Shown here in pieces: positions 36,682 to 47,639 of a DNA stretch of 64,000 nt. Under the pieces are notes generated by a model. The model did no database searches. It saw nothing but the letters and a program-made list of their open reading frames with translations, and was not told where the DNA came from. Origin of the DNA: Obrimoposthia wandeli (taxonomy: Eukaryota); assembly GCA_977020255.1 (NCBI GenBank), contig CDROCS010002783.1, positions 1 to 64,000 of the forward strand. The letters are read 5' to 3'. Position 1 is the stretch's first letter, and every line of letters starts with the position of its first letter. Both the position numbers and the translations under genes were made by a program.

Positions 36682-37320
36682 TTACATAGATTCACAGAAT
36701 CGATTAAAAAGACGGATTTGAGAACACATAATATCCGTTGGTGTAGCAATACTACGCCTAGATTTAACAAGGCGAGAAGCAATACTAACAGGCATAGAAA
36801 GAGATAAAAATGCGATAACAATACCCACAGAAAGATCAATCCCATAATGTCCACAAACTAAACCTTTTCCTCCGTTTTCGATATTTTCTTGAATAATACT
36901 ATTAGTTAGTTTATAATACTTCATCACTGTTTCTCTCTTTTTTATGAAAACAGATGTAAACTTTAGTTCTTTATATTTAATATGACCTGAAATAGATGTA
37001 TTGATAACATGAGTAAATCCGGATTTGAGTAGACTAGTTTCATCAAACCCATCACGATAATTAACAATATAAAGTTTATCTGTTAGAATTTCACTCATTT
37101 TTTGACCTGACTAACTTTTCTTTACAAAGTTGACAATATCTAGAATTAAACAATCTATTAAAAAGACGTCTCATATGGTTCATTTCCATACTAGAAGCAT
37201 CGCCTATTATATGCTCTATCAAATCTAATCTATTTAAAAATTTTAATAATCATAGCATCTTCTGTTCTTCCAGGTGTTACTGCTCCTGATTCTGTTTCTT
37301 CATTTAATTTTTCCATCTTT
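36682..37320 (-). CDS. Dual-specificity-phosphatase-fold protein, copy 2 (DSP domain ORF 36682-37098 is open)
   Basis: SEILTDKLYIV, GFTHVINTS, GGKGLVCGHYGIDLSVGIVIAFL, ASRLVKSRRSIATP. The N-terminal extension is frameshifted. Confidence 0.8.
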
Positions 37321-37470
37321 TAAAGAGTTAGATTATTTTATCTTATAATGAATTACTTTGATTGCGGTATGAGACACATTATCTGGAGTAGATTTAATTG
37401 AAACATCATCAACAATCAATTCATTCATCTTTATATTAGAACTAAATAAGCTTTGTTTATATATAATAAA

Positions 37471-38014
37471 TCAATATAAATGTAAATCACATGAGTGAAT
37501 AAGAAAGAAAATACAAGTATGAGAAGATATATTATACAAAATTGTTTCAATAAAATATTCATAGTCTAGAGTTTTTATACCTAATATCTTAATCTTGCCG
37601 CTTGCGAAAATATTTACACATAGCGGATTATACTTGATATATCGCAGTCCTGGAAATATTTCTGGTTCGTAGACAGCTTCAATTCCTATACTTTTGCTCA
37701 GCTTGCTCAGGTTTAGCGCTTCTTCGAAATTTGTACTAACAGTGATTGATTGAATTCTTTCAATTTTTATATTAAATGGTAACTTGCTTTCATCTAATTT
37801 TGATTTACAATCCATTATTCTACACGAGCCTAAATATTATAATTAATTTTTTAATATAAAATTATATACCAGTTTTAAAAATTATTATCGTATAATCTTC
37901 GCATTTGTGTCGATACTGATGCGGTTTTGAAGTGCGAAATGGTAAATCCTTGATACAACCTTTAATCTTTCCCTTATAATTTATATTCACTAATTTAATA
38001 TTATGAAGAAACAT
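37471..38014 (-). CDS. TBP-like protein, copy 2; intact after splicing (exons 38014-37870 and 37829-37471; ~167 aa)
   Basis: MFLHNIKLVNINYKG...YTIIIFKTG / 40-nt GT-AG intron / SCRIMDCK...RIQSITVS...YEPEIFPGLRYIKYNPLCVNIFASGKIKILGIK. Confidence 0.85.
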
Positions 38015-38158
38015 GTTTTAATAATATAAACAAGTTCAGGTTTTATACTAATTTGAAAAATCAATATTATTATTGTTATCCAATTAGAATAGAGAATTAT
38101 AGGATAAACAATTGATTATTTTATATTATTATCTGTTATAATTATGTATGCCGCCAAT

Positions 38159-38551
38159 ATGAATGAAGAAGATCTTTATCAACGAGTTCATAATTATTAA
38201 GCATATGAGATGCACTTTTTGAAGAAACCTCAGAATTCTAATTTTATTTTCCATGCTAATGTAGAGAAGCTTAAATTTGACTATCAGGTTTCAAATTTGA
38301 ATTCAGTAGATGTAGACCGAACCAATAACTTTTTCAAACAACTTCGAATCAAATATCAAATTCAAGAAAACAAATTTATAATCAAAGGACATGAAGCTAT
38401 TTTCAAGCGTGAGAATGGAATTATTGTTAATGAAATTCCTTCAGGAAAGCAATGGTCTCTATGCATAAGAATTCAAGGATACAAAGTCAGTACCTGTGGA
38501 ATTGTAACCCCGGTATGGAAGATTATTGATGGAATATTGACTGAATTTTAA
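38159..38551 (+). pseudogene. Accessory ORF X, full length with one in-frame stop
   Basis: MNEEDLYQRVHNY*AYEMHFLKKP...WSLCIRIQGYKVSTCGIVTPVWKIIDG. Paralog at 2777-3031. Confidence 0.7.
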
Positions 38552-38825
38552 TGATTTAATAAATATTTATCCTTATGTAATTTAAATATTTTATATCAGA
38601 TTTTTATAAGAATTATTTGTGATATATTAAAGATCAAACACACACATGTATTAATATAAATATGATGTAACCCTATTTTAAAAATAGAAAATACATACAT
38701 TTAAAATTATTTTATCATTTAAAGACAATAAAAAGAAGAAAACTCATAAAATTACTAAAATTTATTTTAAAAACAAAAAGTCCTAAAGAGGACTGATGAT
38801 GCCTTCTCATGTAGATCATCTACTT

Positions 38826-39004
38826 CTAACTTGGGTGTGGAATGATGATTGGGTTTCCATCACTCCAGAAGCAAAGAAATCCGGGTTGTTCTCTAGGCTC
38901 CAGTGCTTCTTTCTTGAGAAATGACTCAATCAGCTCTATTTTCTCTTCCAGTGAACAGCTGCTCTCCAATATATGAGCTAACATTGTATCCTTATTGATT
39001 CCAT
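38826..39004 (-). CDS. Accessory ORF S paralog
   Basis: MLAHILESSCSLEEKIELIESFLKKEALEPREQPGF; homologous to 3190-3399. Confidence 0.55.
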
Positions 39005-39359
39005 TTTAAAATAATGATAAGAAATGAAAAAAGGTTTTCTTATATAATCTTCTTGAACAGTTTAATTGGTTTAGCATATGCACATGTATTGACATTTAGT
39101 TACGTAAGATACAAGCTTTTCATATGAAAAGTCAAGGTTCATACTAACATGTAATTATTTAACGAAATAATTTCAACATTAAATATGTTGTTAATTATTA
39201 TTTCATTTATATAATAACTTTTAAATTATTACTATAAGAATACTACTGCAACTGTATATTTACTTTAAAAATTATACTTTATACATTAATTTAACGACTA
39301 ATTTATTTAATTCATATTCACAACTGTAAATCGAACTGATAATTATTTGACTAATTGTA

Positions 39360-40028
39360 AAAGTTTATTTTTTTTTATTTCTATTTGACTTTTAGTATAT
39401 GTTTGAAAGACATGATAGTAGGACAAATATCTAAGAACATTATCCTTCAATTGTGTTTTTCAAACATTATTGGAATAATCATCGAACCTTTTATGGACAT
39501 CATATTTTGACTGTAGAAATTATCTAAGCAGCAAAATGTGATGTTCTATGACGGGAATATGCTGTGAGCTTATCCGCTTTGTCCAGAGCTGCTGATGTGG
39601 GTGTGAATAACTGTCTTATGATTGGCTGATGTGAGTCATTTCAAGCCATGACTCATAGTCAGCACATGGGCTTAAGACATAGACCTTGACCTTGAGCACA
39701 TGGTGGGCACATAAGCTCATAACCTCGTAATAACCTTGAGCTCATAGTAAGTATATGAGCTCCAGTGATGTATAAAAGTGCACTATAGAACAAAGGGCAT
39801 GAATCATGACTTTGGAATATCATGCGTACTCTAGAGAAATTTACTACTTAGAAAAACCTACTTATGAAGTCATGGGACCTACATGACCTTGAACAATTCA
39901 TGTGTACTCTGGATAAATTTGACCTACATCACATGACCTTGACCTACTTTTTGACTATATCATGACCTTAACTTGTCCTCATACCCCTTTAGGAGGGCTT
40001 TGTTCCAGAAGTGCCACATCTACCTACT
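39360..40028. repeat. Right TIR
   Basis: Reverse complement of 32230-33045. Confidence 0.9.
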
Positions 40029-43000
40029 GCCATCGCCGATATTCCCAGGAGAAGAAGTGGTGGAAACACAAACGAAGGATTGCCTGGTCTGGGCAGGGAG
40101 GAGCAGTATCCTGATGCAACAGCTGGATGAGCCGCATTAGAGGCGTGTGGCCCGCCTTATTGGGTATGGCCAGAGTTGCGCACGACACTCGCAGCAGACT
40201 CGAGCACAAGGCCGCGTCCATTGTCACTGCAGCTGCCGAACTCACGATCGTGTTGCCCTGACCATCCGGGAACATCAGATCATCTGGCACCAGTCTGTCC
40301 CTCAGGCATTGGAATATGGTGCCAGACGACTTGATGTTGAGTGACACCGCGTTCTCGCGACTCGTCAACTCCGCCAGCAGCATCTGCGACAGCATTTCCT
40401 TCCTGGCATCGATTTGTGACGCTGTTGTCGCTGTGATGAATGCGCTGAGCTCACTCTGAATCTCGCAGAGACTTTCGATCAGCGGCTACCAAATATGGGC
40501 ACCAATCAATGACCTCTCACATAGTCCAGATGCAGAATCAGACAAATCTCGAGTGAAAGATTTTGAAAGGACTTTAATTAGAGCCACATTCCCAATACAC
40601 CAGGAGATTATCTGAGTTCTAGTCCAGGCTACTTCTGGGAGATAATGATGACAATTTTAGAAATATTCACTACTAGAATCATCGCTGTAGATAATCTGCA
40701 AACAGTGACAGAGATGGATCTGGAAAGGTTTGAAATAAATAATTTCTAGCTTATTCGATACATTGTAGAAGTAGTAAAATTTCATTTCAAATAACAAGTT
40801 AAATTCGCATTTGATGTGGTCTTTACAGAGTTAGGTCAAAACTGAATACAGCACAGTTCGGATGTAGTAACAAAATCTCAGAGCTCGTCATTGAGTTTGA
40901 TTTCCAACAGAGTTCTGATGCAGTAATAATTCATATTTAATAACATTTGTCAAGCACCATCAGATGTTTCTATATCCTAACTGTACTGTGTATTTCTTTG
41001 TCAGCAAATTTCAGAATATCACAATCAGAATTTACGAATAATTTGTATCAAAGATATTTCCTCATTTCACAGGACTCGGATTAGCATGTTTAATTTCACA
41101 ATTTCCCAAATAAGCGGCCATTACAAAGTGGAGAGAAAGCAGACAAATAGAAGAGGCTTGCTCCCACCTGGACTGTGATATTCCAGTTGCTCGTCTTCTC
41201 TGCCAAGGCCGCACAGAGTTGCTCGTTCTCGGCCAGCACAGCTCTGTGGACCACAGCAAGACCCATCTGGAAACGACACTGTTATTGCGCCATCTATCAG
41301 CACAGCACTTACAAAGTCAAAACGGTCGAGCTCCGCCATCTGGTCCACGAGATATCTGCAGCAGTCTTCTCCCATGTCTCTGTCTATGGCCACGTGCAGC
41401 AGATTCTGCTTGAACTGCGCTCTCAGTAACGCTCTCGGACCCTCTACTCAGACTTACCTTGTTCACAAAGTCCAGCTTGGGAGAATACTGCAGTAGGCTG
41501 TGGAAGCAGTCGTCAGAGCCGCGCTCAACCGAGTGGTAAATGGCGCTGCCGATTGTCTACGTCAGAGTGGAGGGTCATTAATGGGATTCTCTGATACGAA
41601 TGTCACCTCGTAGCCGTCATCGATTATGCTTCTATCGGCATTTAACAGATATTGGGCCACGTCTGGTCTGTTATCAAGCATGGCAATATGCAGCCGGGAA
41701 TAGCCTCTCTGGGACCAGGGTAAACACGACTCCGATAATCAAATCAAACTTTGTATCGTCTCTCCAGCTTATCGATTCTCTTCATCACAGAGCAGCGGAT
41801 ACTTCTGCCATCATCAGTGTCGGTGTCAAATCGCAGTTGGGTCCACTAAAATGCGTCAGTGAGACTCAAGAGCATAACAAACATCTTCGTGCTCGAGGAG
41901 ACCCTTCATGATGAACTTGGTCATCAGTCTCGAGCCGTATTCAATCGCCAGTTGGAGCGCGCATTCGCCGTTCTATTTCCAGTTAGCACAACATGACAAA
42001 ATGGCCGTCACTTACGAAAAGAGTTTTGGAGTTTATCAAGGACAAGTCGTAGCACTTCTCGAAGGGTCCAATGATGCCGTGAGTGATGGCTCTACAGAGA
42101 AGACTCTAAATTTCATCGTCAAGGTCAACAAATCTGGAGGGATTTTACTTCGTGAGTGGATCTGATCTGATCTCTCGAAGCTGCGGTCTTCCTCATTTCC
42201 TGGAAGTGGCGCATCTCCTCCTTCGTGACGAACTGGGACCGGATGTGGTCCATGATCTTGACAGAGCCGCTCTTTATCAGGACGTCCACAAAATAGTCTC
42301 CAGTCTGAATTTGGCGTGACCGTCACAATCCAGACTCCAGAAACAGTCACCAATTTATCATTTGACATTTTAAACTTCCCTCTGTGTGTGGGATATTGGC
42401 GCAGCGTGGGGAATCAACAAACAATTTACAATGTGGGGAATTCCCATATACTTCACAATGGATCATTATCGAATTCTGGGATGATGCGCTGTGAGACCTG
42501 AGTCCTACAGAACTGTTGCATCATAATTATTCCCCGCAATATAAATGAAGATGTTGTGACTGCTTTTGTGTATTTTTACCTGAATTGCCTCTTCTGTGAG
42601 AGCGAGATCAAAGTTTTCCAGGTCAGCAAGTCCATGATATATTCTCTGATAAACTATTCTCACTATTTGAATGGCTCTGGGAGTCGTGACTGATTTCTGA
42701 TAATGGAGCTCGAGAAACCCAAAAAGGTTATTGAATTAAGTTAGGGAAAACAGGGCCGGGATTTATGCAGTATATTATGGATTGTTCTGTTATTTTTGAT
42801 TGATTCTGAAGTCGAGACAAAGGATGGGAGATAAAAGAAAGTTTTCATGAGAGATGGAATAACAAAACATTTATTTATAAAATTGGTCATGCAAATTTGA
42901 TTCAACTTTTGGGAGTTTATTCCCTTCCTCTCACTTACTCCTCAGATGATAAATCCCACAATTTAGAATTACATCAACTTTGTAAAATATGCAAAAATGT

Positions 43001-43430
43001 GATAAATTTTGTGGATTGTTCTGCTGTTTTTGTTATCATTTGAAAATCCCCAAGGAACAGAGAGAAATAACTGAGGGAAGATATTGAGGAGAATACAGAT
43101 TTTGTGACAATCATTTTATTTCCTACATTTTAATTGGAGATTGATAATTGAGTCCACTACTCAAAATCTTCCTCTAAATTGGGTAACCTAAAAATATAAA
43201 TAAATTTCCCAAATAATCGTATTAATTATCCCATTTATTTTGACTCTGATTTCCATTTCTGTTGTGCTATTTACAGAGCATGTTTAGGGTCACTGAGACT
43301 GTCTCACCTGAGGGTCTCTGACGTTCAAGTAGTTGGAGGGGAACAGCTCTTTGAAGCTCTGCACATCGTCGCCTCTGCAGCGTTCGAGGATCTGGGAAGT
43401 CGGGAGAATGAGGTCAATGGGGATAATTTG
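40029..43430 (-). pseudogene. Multi-exon ankyrin-like gene, probably disrupted; ends at the Polinton TIR
   Basis: GC-richer exon patches: FKELFPSNYLNVRDPQ (spliced), TGDYFVDVLIKSGSVKI, LHFVMAAYLGNCEI, DGQGNTIV, NKAGHTPLMRL. The last ORF terminates inside the TIR. Confidence 0.55.
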
Positions 43431-43852
43431 TGCGATTGATTTTCACAGCTTTGACTATTTCTCATTATCGCATCAAAATAGTTTATTAAATTAATTTCAT
43501 TTTCTCATGAAACTTGATGGAATAAAAGCACCAAAGATGACGGGAGTGAATGATCGAATGTTGGGGAAATATTTATCGAAGCGGCCATTGCGGTAAATGG
43601 GAATATTAATCCGAATTGTTCATTAACCGAAGATCTCTGAAAAGTCTCCGGCTCCGATGAATTCCGTCTGCCACAGTGAAAATCGGCAGAAACGTGAAAT
43701 ATTCACTGTGCACATTCGCGGATTAAATTATCTGATGATCGCCTGAAGGTGATGGACATTTTATTTGGTTCGTATTTATTATGGCGATGCGCACAAATTC
43801 ATTGAGGGAGCAATTTCCGCTCTGATTTGTCTGACGATGTTCTGTGGGTTGT

Positions 43853-44472
43853 CTAAGTCCGCTGGGCCCGGAAATCCGCCACCGCACCGGATACGCCACA
43901 CTCACTCACCTTCTTCTTCTCAGTGGCCGCCTCCAACATCTTCACACAGTCGACTCTCTTCCATTCTCTAGCTAGATCGAGTGCAGTGCGGTCTCTCTGG
44001 ATGAATTAATCAATATACACAAATAATCCACTCACATAATCTCGAGCCCCCAAATCGACCCCGATCTCGATGAAATGCGATACAACATCTGTGTGACCAC
44101 GACAAGCTGCATGATGAAGACACGACTGTTGATACTGCACTATCACGATCATCTACGATTTATATAAGATCATTACCGGGCTCTTCAATGTGTGGTCGGC
44201 TCCGTGATCGAGGAGGACCTTCACGACAGTCAGATGACCCCGCCAAGACGCCGACATCAGAGGAGTTTTTGACTGATTAATGAGAGTGAATATTTGTGGA
44301 TAAAATTATTTACTCCATCATCATCTCTGTCCACAAATTCAGGCCGCAGACGATCGCGGACCTCCTCACCATCGCCTCTCCTCACAGCCGCGATAAATTC
44401 CCCGAATCTGAATCGGTATTCGATGGCGGTATCAGCAGAAATATCCGAGCAAGAAAGATTAAATAAATTCAT
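43853..44472 (-). CDS. Small ankyrin-repeat protein, 5 exons, ~149 aa
   Basis: Phase-0 GT-AG introns 44313-44273, 44176-44135, 44035-43997, 43909-43862. Exons SKTPLMSASWRGHLTVVKVLLDHGAD, SCLHHAACRGHTDVV, RTALDLA. The start codon is tentative. Confidence 0.85.
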
Positions 44473-44559
44473 GCCCAAAATAATTTTGCTGAAACCTTCT
44501 CTATTTCGATATTTAGTTGCAGAAATGTTTAAATGCTGGTTGTTCCAGGTTTGTGCGCA

Positions 44560-45400
44560 AATATCTCCGGAAGAAATTAAGATTTTTGAATGAAACTTTG
44601 GAATTGGTGGCCAGACATCGATCACAACTTGATTGCAAATTTTCAGTTCCATCGGAGTTTTATTACTTAGTGAATTTTTTTTTTGAATCCCGGCTAAATC
44701 CCGGCTGGAAAAGATGCCTTATTGTAAAATGTATAAACTAACTCTTCATCCATTCTTCTGATGACTGAGCAGAAATTATATTTAAATTGAATATTATTGT
44801 TGAAGCTCATAAAAATTAATATTAATTAAAACAACTTTCAAAATGCATGTAAAATGAAGTTAAAATTTGCCGAAGAAATAATAATCCAAAATAGCTACAG
44901 GAAAATGTAAATAAAACGATTCATAAATCATACCGAGAACAATATATTTTGAAAAATTTAAATGTATAAATGCTGGTAGAACCTGGGTTGCGGGAGAATA
45001 TCTCCGGAAGGAATAAATATTTTTGAATGAAACTTTGGAAACGGTGGCCAGACATCGATCACAAATTGCTTGCCAAATTTCAGTTCAATCAGAATTTTAT
45101 TACTCAGTGAAAAATTTTTTTTGTTGAATCCCGGCTGGAAAAGATGACGTTGCCATTATCAGGTGCCTCTTCAGCAGAAACAAAATGATTTTGTTATATA
45201 AGAGCTGCACCACTTTATTTCTAAACACAATTTAATGTTTATTGTTCAGAGAGCATCTATGAACAATTTTAATGATAATTTAGTTTAGTTCTTAAGATCC
45301 AGGTTGTAAAATGTATAAACTAACTCTTCATCCATTCTTCTGATGACTGAGCACGAATTATATCTAAATTGAATATTATTGTTGAAGCTCATAAAAATTA
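44560..45400. repeat. Diverged local direct duplication
   Basis: 44560-44715 resembles 44998-45147; 44723-44818 resembles 45305-45400. Confidence 0.8.
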
Positions 45401-45911
45401 CGAAATGATCCCGAAAGTTCACTTGCAAATTGCAAAATTATTGAAAACACGATTCGAGAGTTTAAATAATACACAAGTTATATTCTAAAATTATATTAAG
45501 ATATGAAGGATTAAAACAAACCCATTTTCATTTAATAAATTTATGTATTTATTTAAAATTTCATTTAATAAATTTTATTAATTTAATATTTTATTTTCAA
45601 TTGTATTCATATTTTTACAATCATGTGAAATTATGTAACTTTATATTTAGTAACAGTTCGAAGGATTTCAAGAAGTCAACAGCAGAAATATTAAGTTTAG
45701 GAACAATTAAGAAACTAAATTCTAATATTTTTGTCTGAATTTCAGTTAATTAATGTAACTTATTTTGAAGTTGAAGCTCCAGTGAATTGAATTTCATATA
45801 TGAAATATTAGAAGAAGAAAAAACATAACCAATGTGAAGGATGTTTGTGTGTATGATTTGTGAGCTCGGATTCTTTGAGTTTACTGTGAAGGGATTTCGT
45901 GAAATTGATAA

Positions 45912-46370
45912 TCAATAAAAACATTGACAATGTAAATTCTCCTCAAAACATTTATTAAATCCAACATAAAAAACCATATTGGATTCACTCAAAGTCAAAA
46001 GAGGCTGCATTTTCCCGTCATCAGCAAAATATCTATTGAGACGTTTTGAGATATTCCATAGTTCTTTATCTAAAATTGGAGCAATCAAATATCCTAGATC
46101 ATCTCTAAAAACCAGATTGGGATCAGTTTCAAGATGGAAATAATTTTCTTCATATACATAATCAGGAATGTAGAATCCCAAAATATTTTTCAATTGATCA
46201 ATATCAGATTTTGTTAAAATTTCGATTAGATATTTATTCTCCACTTTTGATATTTTCACAGGATTCATAACTCGTATAATTTGATGCCTCTTTAATATAT
46301 TACATAGTTTTCCTTTCGAAATTCTTTCTGGATAATAAAAATTTCCTACATATCTCAGAAGAGGATCCAT
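45912..46370 (-). CDS. Hypothetical 152-aa intronless protein next to a Polinton fragment
   Basis: Long open frame in very AT-rich DNA; no family recognised. Confidence 0.45.
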   Translation of the reverse strand: MDPLLRYVGNFYYPERISKGKLCNILKRHQIIRVMNPVKISKVENKYLIEILTKSDIDQLKNILGFYIPDYVYEENYFHLETDPNLVFRDDLGYLIAPILDKELWNISKRLNRYFADDGKMQPLLTLSESNMVFYVGFNKCFEENLHCQCFY

Positions 46371-46740
46371 TGTAACATAAGGAAACTGATTGATAAGAAC
46401 CTTTTAGTTGATTCATTCCATGATGCTACTAAACAAGCACATTGGTATATATTTATTGATTTTACACAAGCTTGCCCAGATAATTTACGTGTTTTAACAT
46501 ACATACTTATTTCTGAGGGAGTAATTCTATAAACAAATTGACAACAATTATAAAAAATAAATTTGCAATTCCTTTTAAGAAGTTGATAGTGAAACGTAAT
46601 CAAAAAGTAAAGCCTAATAAATCAAAAAAATAATCATTAAGAAAAAAGAAGTGAATAAATTAATCAAATCTGTAGTTCGAAATAAAAGAAAACTTAAATG
46701 GGTTTGAATATAACAATATTCAAATTGAACTTGTTTTAAA

Positions 46741-47070
46741 ATGAAGAAAATACAAAGAAGCATACCCTATTTTAAAGCTTTGGTCAAAGCCTCTTCTCAT
46801 AAGAGAATAATTATTCTTAAAGTATTTCCATCTTTTGTTGTAGATGATTTATTAGAAGTTTTGTATAATATAGTTTTGGGTCGAATAAAAGTAAGTAAAT
46901 GTAAAAATGTATGAAAGAAATATAGAAAAACACTTCTAGATATTGCTAATCTAAAAAGTAAAAAAAGGAAACGAAATATTATTCTTAAACAGAATGGTGG
47001 TTTCATAGGGGCTGTTATTCCAGTTGTTGTTTCAATTATCAGTAGTATTATAGCTGCGACACGTACATAA
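46741..47070 (+). pseudogene. Polinton QxGGF protein paralog (one in-frame stop)
   Basis: RSIPYFKALV...FPSFVVDDLL...ILKQNGGFIGAVIPVVVSII; aligns with 35429-35944. Confidence 0.75.
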
Positions 47071-47144
47071 ACAATTATTTCAAAAATCAGCTAACCCTTT
47101 ACCTAAATTTTAATTTTCTATATATTCAAATTTTTGTAATATAG

Positions 47145-47636
47145 AAGATATGGTTCAATCCAAAAGATCCAATTGGCTACACAGGAGTTTCAAAATTAGC
47201 AAAAGGAACAAAACAGAATTACAAGAAAACTCAGAAATGGATGAGCGATCAGTTAGCCTACAGCCTTAACAAGCCGATGAGAAAAAGGTTTTCAACTAGA
47301 GCTTAAAAACCAGCGGTCTTAATAATTTTTGGCAAATGGATTTGATGAAGATGATTCCATATTCTTCCATTAATAAGGGATATCGATGTATTTTAACATG
47401 TATTGATGTATTTAGCAGGTTTGCTCGTGCAATTCCAGTTAAAGCAAAGTCTTCAATAGTTATGCTTGAAGCAATTACAGAAATATTAAAAGAGGATATT
47501 CCACAAAATGTGCAAACTGATTTAGGAAAAAAAATTATAATAAGCAAGTTCAATCTTTATTTAAACCAAATAATATAAATCACTACTCTGTGTTTTCACA
47601 GTATAAAGCAGCAGTAGTAGAAAGATTTAATCGTGT
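47145..47636 (+). pseudogene. Polinton integrase N-terminal fragment, cut by the Gypsy insertion
   Basis: IWFNPKDPIGYTGVSKL, LAYSLNKPMRKRF, LTCIDVFSRFARAIP, HYSVFSQYKAAVVERFNR. Confidence 0.85.
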
Positions 47637-47639
47637 AAG

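Larger units (their letters stand above)
32230..40028 (-). mobile_element. Internally deleted Polinton/Maverick-like element with long TIRs (7.8 kb)
   Basis: Inverted termini; right end 5'-AGTAGGTAGATGTGGCAC. Contains penton, integrase-chromodomain, QxGGF protein, ATPase, DSP-like and TBP-like genes, ORF X and ORF S. No PolB, MCP or protease. No TSD found. Confidence 0.88.

Noticed and set aside
37471-37815. Single-repeat (half) TBP as suggested by the ORF track
   Set aside because: An upstream exon joined by a conserved intron supplies the first repeat.
32223-40034. Target-site duplication of the 7.8-kb element, and the ankyrin gene continuing across it
   Set aside because: Flanks (tgtgct vs gccatc) do not match, and I found no in-frame ankyrin continuation left of 32230.
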